Shown: positions 1 to 8,023, counted from the stretch's first letter. The stretch: DNA of 61,169 nucleotides from a virus (IMGVR_UViG_3300020109_000001:1-61169); one strand, 5' to 3'. A program made the numbers and translations. Notes: generated from the sequence alone by a model not told the origin.

Positions 1-127
1 GCGACGGTTTCGGTAGCGGTTTCGACGGCGGGTTTTTTAGCGTTAGCGGTCATTTTATCTTATCCTATCTCTAAGGGTTAGCGGTTAGCGTTTATCGCTT
101 CCGTATAATCCTTATACCGCGCTTAAC
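1..127. repeat. Terminal 127-bp direct overlap, identical to 61043-61169 (circular assembly overlap)
   Basis: Exact identity seen by eye. 127 is a common assembler k-mer, and the overlap cuts through the 60748-61095 gene and its leader. Confidence 0.9.
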
Positions 128-139
128 TGGGGAAGTAAA
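111..139 (-). promoter_or_regulatory. sigma70-like promoter TTTACT-N17-TATAAG for the 115-aa gene (60748-61095, across the junction)
   Basis: AGTAAA at 134-139 and CTTATA at 111-116 on +; 17-bp spacer; same architecture repeated genome-wide. Confidence 0.8.
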
Positions 140-593
140 GCGGTTTTATACTTAATAAAAGTTAAGTTAGCGGTTAGCGGTTTAGCGTTATGTTATTACC
201 TATCTTGTGCGTCGGGGTGTGCGTCTGCGTGCATGCATCTGCTCTCGGGGAATCACGACACCATGACAGGATGATAACGTGTAAACGTCGCTGAACCATG
301 GTCCCTGCATCTCAGCATGCGGACATCGAAAACAGGGATCGTGACACCGGCTGAGCGCTCAGGCTGGAGTGGTCCATGGTCGCCAGTGCACGTGCCATGA
401 CATCATGATAGGATGACATATTGGCTCGGTGCATGGACCCTGGAGGAAGCACCTGCACAGGGGATTGTGTGTCTGGGATTGTGCGTGTGGGATAGTGGTT
501 GCTCGAGAGTGGTGGGTTGCTCTTGATGCAAGGATCGGTGCGAGGATCGCTTGACCCAAGCCCCAAGGACCGTCACCCATAAAACACCCAGAA

Positions 594-746
594 CATTACC
601 TCAACTAATAATCAAGGACCGTGGATCATTACCCAATTTAATAATCACAAGGCCCATGAACCAAGGTCCCTGAGAGACGACCACCGAATCATCATTACCC
701 CAACTAATAATCAGGCTACCTGGTACATTAGGCCAGCTAATAATCA
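594..746 (+). repeat. Four 21-bp imperfect direct repeats, CATTAcnnCAncTAATAATCA
   Basis: Copies at 594-614, 627-647, 693-713 and 726-746. Confidence 0.8.
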
Positions 747-927
747 GAAAATACTGGAATCAGTACCCAACCTAAATACAAACGACGCTCAAATTTGATA
801 GACGTAAAAGGCGACAGCCAATAAGACTGTCCCAGTCCCCATTCATCTCCCCAAAGAACCTCCCCCGCATATCCAGAGACGATGGTGCGGGGGACGGTGG
901 TGGAAGGTTGGCACGTGTTGTTGTGGT

Positions 928-1113
928 CTATTCGTTTACCTGCAACCATGTTACAAAGCATTCAGCATAGACCTGCTCCGTCATTTCTTGAACACGAGAA
1001 AAGGCAAAGACTTCAGCTTCTCGATACGGATATCGAACACATGCATCCCTGTATGCTTGTTCTTCGTACACGTCTTCTTGTGCGACTTGGTAAGTCATGG
1101 TCTCACTCCTCAA
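928..1113 (-). CDS. hypothetical early protein (61 aa)
   Basis: Start/stop overlap with 1110-1394; GAGGAG upstream. Confidence 0.55.
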   Translation of the reverse strand: MRSETMTYQVAQEDVYEEQAYRDACVRYPYREAEVFAFSRVQEMTEQVYAECFVTWLQVNE

Positions 1114-1394
1114 TCATATGTTACGCCAGGGCAGGGACAAGTACCCCAAATCATATTCTGATCGTGGTACTCCCTGTAGAGTGGTTCGATGGAATAGTGC
1201 TCTGGCTTGAACATCACTGACTCGCTCAGATGGAGCAGTTCCACCAGTTGCTGGGCTCTGTGGATGAGTTTGACCTCATCCTCTGTAATGGTGTCGTAGT
1301 ACTCCGGATGTCCGTCATCGTCGTGCGAATCCGGGATTTGGTACCCCTCCAGGATGTCGTGAATCTGGTGGAGTTCTCGTTGGATGCGGTTCAT
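1110..1394 (-). CDS. hypothetical early protein (94 aa)
   Basis: Tightly packed in the leftward early operon. Confidence 0.65.
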   Translation of the reverse strand: MNRIQRELHQIHDILEGYQIPDSHDDDGHPEYYDTITEDEVKLIHRAQQLVELLHLSESVMFKPEHYSIEPLYREYHDQNMIWGTCPCPGVTYD

Positions 1395-1406
1395 GGATCA
1401 CACGCC

Positions 1407-1673
1407 TCAGTACGGAACAAAGCCATAACGACGATAGATTGGTGCATCATTACCAATCCGAGCACGGATAGCTTTACGCAAGAGACGCATGCTTTTCACA
1501 CCTGCCACCTTACAGGCATGACGACGAGCCAAACGATACTCATTTCCAGAGACTTTGGCCAAAGCATAGCACTCCGACGGAGCACCCATCGCATAAATAT
1601 CATCGACGATGGCAGCGTCCCGATTATGGGGTTTCATCAAAATCGAGATTGCTTTTCCGAGATTCTGGGTCAT
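1407..1673 (-). CDS. hypothetical basic early protein (88 aa)
   Basis: SD AGGAGTAGGA and promoter directly upstream. Confidence 0.75.
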   Translation of the reverse strand: MTQNLGKAISILMKPHNRDAAIVDDIYAMGAPSECYALAKVSGNEYRLARRHACKVAGVKSMRLLRKAIRARIGNDAPIYRRYGFVPY

Positions 1674-1717
1674 TTTATCCTACTCCTATGCTAAAGCCTT
1701 TAGCGGCTTATAGTTAA

Positions 1718-1746
1718 ACTATACCCTATCAGGATAAGGCAGTAAA
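1718..1746 (-). promoter_or_regulatory. promoter TTTACT-N17-TATAGT
   Basis: AGTAAA at 1741-1746, ACTATA at 1718-1723. Confidence 0.8.
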
Positions 1747-1758
1747 TAGCCGATAAAA

Positions 1759-1926
1759 TTATTCAGCAATTCTTTCAGCTGCTTGTCGAGTTCGCCCAAC
1801 ACTCTCATTTGCTCTCTCAATCAATCGATCTGCTTCATGATCGAGTTGTGTATAGTGTAGTTGTGCCATCATGCTGTAGAGAAGTACAAACATGAAGAGA
1901 ACGATTGCGAACTGAGAGCGTGTCAT
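1759..1926 (-). CDS. small membrane protein (55 aa, MTRSQFAIVLFMFVLLYSMM...), not in the ORF track
   Basis: Hand translation; N-terminal hydrophobic helix; AAGGA upstream. Confidence 0.55.
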   Translation of the reverse strand: MTRSQFAIVLFMFVLLYSMMAQLHYTQLDHEADRLIERANESVGRTRQAAERIAE

Positions 1927-2091
1927 TCGAGAGAGTCCTTATGATCAGGGCGAATACAGAAGAGAGTAGGTGAAGAGACAGACTGCGACCATGCACAGGA
2001 TTACACAGATATACAAGACAACCACATCGTTAGATTTGTGACCCAAGTATATCGCAAAATCAGACATGCGAAAGCGAGAAAAGTGTCCATG

Positions 2092-2418
2092 TTACAGCCT
2101 CGTATACAGAGTGAATTTGATCTCTTCCAGCAATCCCAGAAGGAGGCGGGGAGGGAAGTTGGTCTTGTTGATGGAGTGCAGGATTTCCTCTCGGAGCATC
2201 TCAACAGGATTGATCTTGGTCTCTCCAAGTTTCCTGAAGTATTCCTGCTTGTGCTGAACTTCGGATAAGACTTTCCTCCCCGCTCCCTTCTGATCAAGTA
2301 TCTGCTCAGGCTCGAGATCCATGAACTGGACCATGCTGTCCACACCCATACGGGTGAGGACATTGCCTGTACGAACTGATGGTTCGATGGACTTTATGAA
2401 TTCTGACCAGCCGTGCAT
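2092..2418 (-). CDS. RNA polymerase alpha-CTD-like protein
   Basis: EPSVRTGNVLTRMGVDSMVQFMDLEPEQILDQKGAGRKVLSEV aligns to the alpha-CTD pattern ELSVRSxNCL...I..L...tE.ELL..pNLGkKSLxEI; start probably ATG 2418. Confidence 0.65.
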   Translation of the reverse strand: MHGWSEFIKSIEPSVRTGNVLTRMGVDSMVQFMDLEPEQILDQKGAGRKVLSEVQHKQEYFRKLGETKINPVEMLREEILHSINKTNFPPRLLLGLLEEIKFTLYTRL

Positions 2419-2747
2419 TGTTCTTTCTCCAGTTGTTCGATCATCCATTCGAGCAGTTCCCAGCGGAGTGCAGCATATGGACTGTTTTCACGGTCCCAGG
2501 AATACTGTCTATTCTGATCCTCATCGTCATTGGATTCAATACTTTGCCAGAAGCTACCAGGGATTGGATAACAGTTGGCTCCTGAATGTTTTGACCATCC
2601 TTTAGCGAACTCTTGGAACTCTTCTCTTAAATTACTGTAATCCATTTGATGGACACTGTCGATTACGTCACAAATCCCGAAACGAGACCAGTTCTTCTGA
2701 TCTTGCATCTTTGTGTGTACAGCTTTCAGTGCTTCCAATAGTGTCAT
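2394..2747 (-). CDS. hypothetical protein, paralog of 2744-3112
   Basis: Shared MTLL..LK..H..MQD.KNW..GIC and WDR.NSPYAALRWELLEWMI. Confidence 0.75.
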   Translation of the reverse strand: MTLLEALKAVHTKMQDQKNWSRFGICDVIDSVHQMDYSNLREEFQEFAKGWSKHSGANCYPIPGSFWQSIESNDDEDQNRQYSWDRENSPYAALRWELLEWMIEQLEKEQCTAGQNS

Positions 2748-3112
2748 TGTTGCTTCTCCAATTCAGCAATCATCCACTCAAGCAGTTCCCAGCGGAGTGC
2801 AGCATATGGACTGTTGACTCGATCCCACATTCGTGCCTTTTGATCTTCAGCAAGATTGAAATTGAGAGCCCAGATATCATATGCCTCACAACCACCAGGA
2901 AGAGGGAAAGATGAGTGACCACTGAACTTTGGCCATGTGCAAAACAATTGATACATTCTTTCGCTGTAGCCAGGATCGTCCCACCATAAATCCACGAGTT
3001 CTTCTGTGTTCAGTTGTTCACGAATAGTGACGCAAATTCCACTTTTCGTCCAGTTTTTCTTGTCTTGCATTCTTTCGTGCAGTTGCTTCAGGAGATCCAA
3101 CAATGTCATCAC
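2744..3112 (-). CDS. hypothetical protein, paralog of 2394-2747
   Basis: Same motifs; 35-bp exact nucleotide repeat at 2452-2486 and 2781-2815. Confidence 0.75.
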   Translation of the reverse strand: MMTLLDLLKQLHERMQDKKNWTKSGICVTIREQLNTEELVDLWWDDPGYSERMYQLFCTWPKFSGHSSFPLPGGCEAYDIWALNFNLAEDQKARMWDRVNSPYAALRWELLEWMIAELEKQQ

Positions 3113-3336
3113 AACCCCTCCACCAGATGCAGCTCACCGGCCGCATTGCGTACATATTTCTGCCCCAGACCAAGGCCCAAGGACCCAATCGCCCAGATAT
3201 CGTAAGAAGTCTGTGTCATCATGGCACAAGGACCAGCCTTCGTCTTCGCATCATACACGATTTTACCCTCTCTATGGGTAAACATGACTCCAAAATCGTC
3301 ATGCGTCTCCTTCTCTGCACTCAGATAACGAGTCAT
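3109..3336 (-). CDS. hypothetical phage protein (75 aa; YDAKT..GP.AMM..GLGLGQKY)
   Basis: GAGGAGG SD; overlap with the downstream gene. Confidence 0.7.
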   Translation of the reverse strand: MTRYLSAEKETHDDFGVMFTHREGKIVYDAKTKAGPCAMMTQTSYDIWAIGSLGLGLGQKYVRNAAGELHLVEGL

Positions 3337-3435
3337 TCCTCGTCCTCCTCGTAATTCCAGAATGCAATGATCACCATTGGAATCCAGATAGGCATCAGCA
3401 CCCAGTACAGGATCTCTTCCATCACGTCTTTCACA

Positions 3436-3669
3436 TCACACCTCAAAGCTGATTGTTTGGTAGTCGGTCCCGAACTCGAGACCATCTTCATCCCAGGACT
3501 CAAGAATCTCTTTCGGTGTCCTGTCAGTCTTGTACTCTAATCCGACACCCACAGTCCGGTACATCCATCGGGCTGATTCCAGTTCAGTCATCGTTAAGAC
3601 ACCACCCTCAATCCGATCCACCATTTCCTGGGTCAGATGACTAGAAGAGAAAAGGAGATAGACTTTCAT
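3436..3669 (-). CDS. hypothetical protein (77 aa, MKVYLL...)
   Basis: TGATG coupling to 3669-3851. Confidence 0.6.
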   Translation of the reverse strand: MKVYLLFSSSHLTQEMVDRIEGGVLTMTELESARWMYRTVGVGLEYKTDRTPKEILESWDEDGLEFGTDYQTISFEV

Positions 3670-3851
3670 CACTCTGCCCTCACAACCCGAAGAATGGATC
3701 CGGTGTATCCGATGATACCATTCCATTCAAGATACACAGCCAGACGATTTTCTACACCATTATCTTCGATTCTGGTGCGTGCTTCCTCCTCAGTGATCTC
3801 ATAGTATCCCATGTACGCTGAGACAAGTGGTTCAAAGTCAGTGGCTTTCAT
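3669..3851 (-). CDS. hypothetical protein (60 aa)
   Basis: TAGGATAAAGGT SD and promoter upstream. Confidence 0.7.
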   Translation of the reverse strand: MKATDFEPLVSAYMGYYEITEEEARTRIEDNGVENRLAVYLEWNGIIGYTGSILRVVRAE

Positions 3852-3897
3852 AACTGTTACCTTTATCCTAAGTTAGCGGGCCGCGCCCTACTTATAT

Positions 3898-3926
3898 AGG
3901 TTAGCGCGGCCTTAGCGTGAAGTAAA
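3898..3926 (-). promoter_or_regulatory. promoter TTTACT-N17-TAACCT
   Basis: AGTAAA at 3921-3926, AGGTTA at 3898-3903, in a TG/CA-poor island. Confidence 0.65.
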
Positions 3927-3951
3927 ACTCTTTAACGCTGTCAGCTGCTGA

Positions 3952-4110
3952 TTATTTAATCTTCCCCATGATTCGACCCATAATCTTCCCAAGCAATCGA
4001 CGCTTGAGTCTCCGTTCAATCGCACCAGGGCGGGGAGATCGGATGGCCTGAATATCACCCAGCACCTTGGCCAGTGCGTACAGGAATCCGCGAAACTTGT
4101 TAATCGACAT
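3952..4110 (-). CDS. small basic protein (52 aa, MSINKFRGFLYALAKVLGDIQAIR...), not in the ORF track
   Basis: Hand translation; GAGGT and AAGG upstream. Confidence 0.6.
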   Translation of the reverse strand: MSINKFRGFLYALAKVLGDIQAIRSPRPGAIERRLKRRLLGKIMGRIMGKIK

Positions 4111-4182
4111 CCTTATTTACCTCGTTATGTTCCCAAATTGCATCATAGCAGATGAAGTGGAACAACCAGTCGAGAACACGTT

Positions 4183-4458
4183 TCATCGCTCTTGCACCTT
4201 TCCAGTCAGACCATCGATGACCCAGCAATTGTTACCATTGGCTGTTGTGTCACCAGCAGGATAGATTTCGAACTCACCCAACTTCGGACTGAAAAGAACG
4301 GCATAACTCTCCCGCCCACGCTTCGGGAATGCGATCAAGGTCCCTTGATCAGCATCCGCCCAACAAGCTAGATCATCTTTGGACATTGGACCAAATCCTC
4401 CGGTCATCAGTTCTTGGATCAGGTCGTCTTTTGTTAACAGAAGTTTCATTTGATTCAC
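4183..4458 (-). CDS. hypothetical protein (about 90 aa)
   Basis: GAGGAG SD; overlap with 4455-4772. Confidence 0.65.
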   Translation of the reverse strand: MNQMKLLLTKDDLIQELMTGGFGPMSKDDLACWADADQGTLIAFPKRGRESYAVLFSPKLGEFEIYPAGDTTANGNNCWVIDGLTGKVQER

Positions 4459-4772
4459 TCCTCATCACCATTTTCATAGTTAGCCCATTCACAACCCGCA
4501 ACGTCAACGCGAAGGCGGACAACATCACGGTCAAATACCACCAGTTCGAAGAACCGAATCACCGCAGCGAGGTCATCGAAGAACACTTGGGAACAGCGAT
4601 CGTAATAGAGGATATACCCACCACACCAGATTACCTCAGCATCCTCAGGGAGACCAAGTTCAGCCGGAACACCCAAGCCATAGGCGAACGCAGTTGAAGC
4701 AGTCACATTTTCACCAAGGATAACAAAGTTCCCTACATTCAGAGAGTTCAGCTTGTCACGAAGTTCAATCAT
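4455..4772 (-). CDS. hypothetical protein (105 aa)
   Basis: TAGGATAG SD and promoter upstream. Confidence 0.7.
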   Translation of the reverse strand: MIELRDKLNSLNVGNFVILGENVTASTAFAYGLGVPAELGLPEDAEVIWCGGYILYYDRCSQVFFDDLAAVIRFFELVVFDRDVVRLRVDVAGCEWANYENGDEE

Positions 4773-4829
4773 ATCACTATCCTATCATAAAGAGCTTTAC
4801 TAGCAACGCGCTAGGTTAGCCGCTTTATA

Positions 4830-4858
4830 CTTATATACGCCCGCGCGGGCGCAGTAAA
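4830..4858 (-). promoter_or_regulatory. promoter TTTACT-N17-TATAAG
   Basis: AGTAAA at 4853-4858, CTTATA at 4830-4835. Confidence 0.8.
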
Positions 4859-4962
4859 CCTCTTTAGTGCTCGGCGTATTGTGCGAGCGACAATCGTCGC
4901 AAAGAGACGAGCCAAATCACTGTAAAAAGAGCGTTGACAGGGTTATTTCAGCAATAAAGAAC

Positions 4963-4991
4963 TTTACTGCAGTTTATACGTACCTTATACC
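4963..4991 (+). promoter_or_regulatory. putative divergent promoter TTTACT-N17-TATACC for the 5140-7578 operon
   Basis: TTTACT at 4963-4968; imperfect -10; TG/CA-poor island at about 4972-5040. Confidence 0.5.
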
Positions 4992-5139
4992 TTTACGGGT
5001 AGCGGTTAAACGGCGCTACCAGGTAACTCGGAATAAGGTAACATCGAGGAATAAGATGCCTGCTTTCTACGTGTGTGTACTGATACTTGCAGCGCTGCTG
5101 TATATCGGTTCGTAATCTTAGCATAGGACAGAGACCAAA

Positions 5140-5670
5140 ATGCAAAACAAATATGCTACCCATTTCGCCAGCCTCAGCAATGACGAGGCCGAGTACTTCG
5201 CAGATGCGATCGTCGGCGCTCTGAACCTGGAGCCCAAGCCCGAGCAGCAGTACAACGTGGCAAGTGCCCGGAGTGGTGGTGATCTGTATCTGGCGCTGGT
5301 CGCAGAAAATATCGACCACAAGACGGCGTGCATGTCGCTCGCCACGGACCCCAGCCCTATGGCCATCACCATCCTGGAGAAGGTCGTCGGCAACAAGATC
5401 ATCAAGGAAGTCCCGAAGACTGCTCCGGTCGGGAAAGTTCAGCGAGCCAAGGTCGAAGGAGCACCGAAGCCGAAACTGCTCAAGAATGACCCGCGCACCA
5501 TCCACAATATCAAGGAAGGTGCCAAGCGCCCCGGATCGGCGTCCTATGAACGGTACATGCTCTACAAGGAAGGTATGACGGTCACCGAGTTCATCGCTGC
5601 AGGTGGCACCGCTGGCGACATCAAGCACGACGTCAGCAAAGGCTTCATCACTCTGAAGGATCCTGAATAA
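5140..5670 (+). CDS. hypothetical protein with C-terminal 'KRxGS..Y.RY.LY.EGMTV.EF.AAG....D...D..KGFI' domain (paralog family of 3)
   Basis: Domain shared with 22099-22854 and 60748-61095. Confidence 0.8.
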   Translation: MQNKYATHFASLSNDEAEYFADAIVGALNLEPKPEQQYNVASARSGGDLYLALVAENIDHKTACMSLATDPSPMAITILEKVVGNKIIKEVPKTAPVGKVQRAKVEGAPKPKLLKNDPRTIHNIKEGAKRPGSASYERYMLYKEGMTVTEFIAAGGTAGDIKHDVSKGFITLKDPE

Positions 5671-5870
5671 TGCCAGGGGTTTTTGTAGCATTCGCTCTGC
5701 TCATCATCACGCTTATCAATGGTTGGCATTTTGATGAAATCGAGAAACGAATCGAAAATCTCGAGGAGCAAGTTTATGGGAATCCCTGACGGACTTCCTG
5801 TCAACGCTGGGCCGAGCATCTGGATGATGCTCGTGCTCGTCCAGGCAATGAAAGAGAAGGATGCGAAGAA

Positions 5871-6044
5871 ATGAAAGAAGTTCTCTTCAAGACCTTTGTC
5901 ATAGTGCTCGCGCTGAATGCAATCGCAGTGGTTGCAATGACTGTCGTGTTCACGATTGCGAGTGTCTTCGGTGAAGGAACAGGCCCAGGATGTCCTGGTG
6001 ATCCGGAGTGGCTGGGCTTTTGCTCGGAGGTACCAGTGAAATGA
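5871..6044 (+). CDS. small membrane protein (57 aa, MKEVLFKTFVIVLALNAIAVVAM...), not in the ORF track
   Basis: Hand translation; hydrophobic helix; ATGA overlap with 6041. Confidence 0.5.
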   Translation: MKEVLFKTFVIVLALNAIAVVAMTVVFTIASVFGEGTGPGCPGDPEWLGFCSEVPVK

Positions 6045-6313
6045 ACACCAAAGATCTCATCGAGACGATTCTTGATCAAGCAGTTCCCGGAGACATCACA
6101 CTCGGAGAACTCAAGAAATACGCACAGAGGTTGGACATGTGGAAACAAATCCCCAATGTCAAACCAGAGAATGTCGTCGTAAGATTTCTGCAAGGCGATA
6201 AGGAACTTCCAGATACGATGACCATTGGAGAGTTCCGACCACTACCAGACGGACAAATGAACATCACCATCTATCCTGGTGGTCTTGGCGTCGAAGAAAC
6301 GGAGGGTGTGTGA
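6041..6313 (+). CDS. hypothetical protein (90 aa, MNTKDLIE...)
   Basis: GGAGG SD before ATG 6041. Confidence 0.65.
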   Translation: MNTKDLIETILDQAVPGDITLGELKKYAQRLDMWKQIPNVKPENVVVRFLQGDKELPDTMTIGEFRPLPDGQMNITIYPGGLGVEETEGV

Positions 6314-6712
6314 ATGAGCGAGTTCAAATGCTTCCGTGTTCCTGATCGTGACGTTGATCCATCAGAAGACATGATCAACTGGCTCAACGAGCACGAGCGT
6401 TGGGAAGGTGACAGCGAAGGTATTGTTCTGTACGATGATGAGTATGGTGACAGTAACAACGTCTGTTTCCCTGGTGATTGGATCACGTCGATCGAGACAG
6501 CGGAGGGGAGGAAGCTTGTCCGTCTCCCCCGCAAGGGTCGCAAGATGCGTATGTGTCAGATGGATGATGACTCGGAGAAGGAACTCTGGGTCTGGGAACT
6601 GCCGAATGGTCAAGCTGTCTATCTGTACGATGGCCGTGAACCGCGACTCACGACTCTGAGTGTCGATAAGGACAGTAATCGTGGAATCTGGTTTCCAGGA
6701 GGTGAGAAATGA
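6314..6712 (+). CDS. hypothetical acidic protein (132 aa)
   Basis: GGAGG SD; abuts the previous gene. Confidence 0.7.
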   Translation: MSEFKCFRVPDRDVDPSEDMINWLNEHERWEGDSEGIVLYDDEYGDSNNVCFPGDWITSIETAEGRKLVRLPRKGRKMRMCQMDDDSEKELWVWELPNGQAVYLYDGREPRLTTLSVDKDSNRGIWFPGGEK

Positions 6713-6830
6713 TGGATAAGTTTTGGGCGCTCATTATATATTTGATCCATTGCGGATTTCTACTGCTTCTATTTCTGGGACTCGTTTATGGACTACTCCT
6801 GCTTTCGTCTCAAATAGTGGGAATCTTCAT

Positions 6831-7094
6831 ATGACCCAGAAGCCTGAACCCTTTGTCCCAACTGAAGAACAGATCCAGCGTGTTCTTCAGCAGACAGGCG
6901 GTGATCCACGCAAGCTGGCAATTGCATATCTCCGGGCGCAGAATCGTGCCCGTGAGAATGGACTTGGCTTTGGTGTGATGACTGACGTCAACGAGTTGTT
7001 CTTGCGAACAGTGATTGGAGATGAACCTGGAGCCGACAAAGCAATTGAACGAGCCAAGAGCCGCATCAAAACATTCAAGGAGGTAAAAGAGTGA
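6831..7094 (+). CDS. hypothetical protein (87 aa, MTQKPEPF...)
   Basis: Operon packing; ATG 6831 overlaps the stop of a 40-aa hydrophobic ORF (6712-6834). Confidence 0.55.
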   Translation: MTQKPEPFVPTEEQIQRVLQQTGGDPRKLAIAYLRAQNRARENGLGFGVMTDVNELFLRTVIGDEPGADKAIERAKSRIKTFKEVKE

Positions 7095-7345
7095 CCCGCG
7101 ACCCCATCTGGGATGATCTGAAACAGCATTCCAAAGAGAAGTTCGACAGCGACCGAAAGCGGTTCATGGAGCAAGCCATTGAGAACGATGACGGTGGTTG
7201 GACAAAGCACACCGAGTTCCATTGGTCACGGCAAGTGGCGGGGAAGAAGCTGGATTACTGGCCCAGTCGCAAGAAATGGCAATACGAAGGCAAGGTGAAG
7301 CGTGGCGATGTCCTTGCATTTATTCGCAGGAAGGAGAAGAAATGA
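7091..7345 (+). CDS. hypothetical phage protein (84 aa; KLDYWPSRKKWQY)
   Basis: GGAGGT SD; GTGA overlap. Confidence 0.7.
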   Translation: MTRDPIWDDLKQHSKEKFDSDRKRFMEQAIENDDGGWTKHTEFHWSRQVAGKKLDYWPSRKKWQYEGKVKRGDVLAFIRRKEKK

Positions 7346-7578
7346 TCCAGTGTCTTTTGCTCAGCGGGAGTCTCTTCCTGTTCTCGGCTGATGGTGATCG
7401 TGCCATTAATCTTGGAACAGCACAAGGTCTCTGGAAAGAGGATCACAAGGTAATTTCTCGAGTAACAGGTGGTGATGTCTTTGTTAATGGTCTTCCTGAA
7501 GACATGACTCTCTTTCAGATCATGCAGGAATGTGACAATGTTGCATGGGAAAACTATGATGAGGTTGTGAGCGACTAA
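7342..7578 (+). CDS. hypothetical protein (78 aa, MIQCLLL...)
   Basis: AAGGAG SD; ATGA overlap. Confidence 0.6.
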   Translation: MIQCLLLSGSLFLFSADGDRAINLGTAQGLWKEDHKVISRVTGGDVFVNGLPEDMTLFQIMQECDNVAWENYDEVVSD

Positions 7579-7603
7579 CTCTTTCCACAATCTAATCTAC
7601 CTG

Positions 7604-7637
7604 AACCCGCCAGCTTTTGCTAGGCGGGTTTTCTTTT
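7604..7637 (+). terminator. intrinsic terminator
   Basis: AACCCGCC...GGCGGGTT stem followed by TTCTTTT, after the + operon. Confidence 0.75.
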
Positions 7638-7780
7638 ACCTATAGCCCACAAAAACCAGCGCTCTCCAGCGTCTGTCAGCGGGCTTTACTAGGGTTAGGC
7701 TATAGGGGTAGCGGCCGCAAAAGCCCTCTCCCTGGAGCCTCCCAGGGCGCTGTCCAGCTGCCGTAATTTTAGCCCTATTT

Positions 7781-7863
7781 TCAGCCGCTAGGCGGGCGCT
7801 AGGCCGGGCCGCTACCCCTATACCCGGCACGGTTGATAGGCGGTTGACAGGGCTGCTCAGGGG
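7781..7863 (+). repeat. composite dispersed element, copy 1 (TCAG..GGCGGGCG-N12-GCTA-N6-TASC-N27-GCTGCTCAG)
   Basis: Fixed spacings shared with the copies at 11553, 31131, 50929 and 60412. Confidence 0.7.
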
Positions 7864-7911
7864 TCTGTAGGTCTTGGTCACTAACCCGGCCTTAGCGGCC
7901 CGGTTATTGAA

Positions 7912-7990
7912 TAAAAAGACGCCCGGATACCAATGGCACCGGGCGCAAGTCGCGTACGAGGGTACAGTGATCCCAGCAGGATTGCTGGAC
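7912..7990 (-). ncRNA. candidate sRNA of about 77 nt, with 5' hairpin and intrinsic terminator
   Basis: Own promoter at 7995-8023; CCAGCA-AUCC-UGCUGG hairpin; CGCCCGG...CCGGGCG-UCUUUUU terminator; no ORF. Confidence 0.55.
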
Positions 7991-7994
7991 TTAC

Positions 7995-8023
7995 ATTATA
8001 GCTGGTCAGGCGGCTGAAGTAAA
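7995..8023 (-). promoter_or_regulatory. promoter TTTACT-N17-TATAAT
   Basis: AGTAAA at 8018-8023, ATTATA at 7995-8000; overlaps the 3' end of 8006-8524. Confidence 0.7.

Noticed and set aside
594-746. CRISPR mini-array
   Set aside because: Repeats are degenerate and non-palindromic, gaps are 12, 45 and 12 bp, and there are no cas genes.
312-961. Short ORFs 312-566, 359-580 and 737-961
   Set aside because: No SD or motifs, and they overlap repeat or compositionally biased non-coding DNA.
2452-2815. Diversity-generating retroelement template/variable repeat pair
   Set aside because: No reverse transcriptase and no adenine-specific mismatch pattern; ordinary paralogy explains it.
4934-4939. 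Canonical TTGACA here and at 7844 as -35 boxes
   Set aside because: No convincing -10 at 16-18 bp spacing in either case.
7636-7881. 81-aa minus-strand ORF
   Set aside because: It lies downstream of a terminator, spans the repeat elements and has a low-information Arg/Pro/Ala translation.
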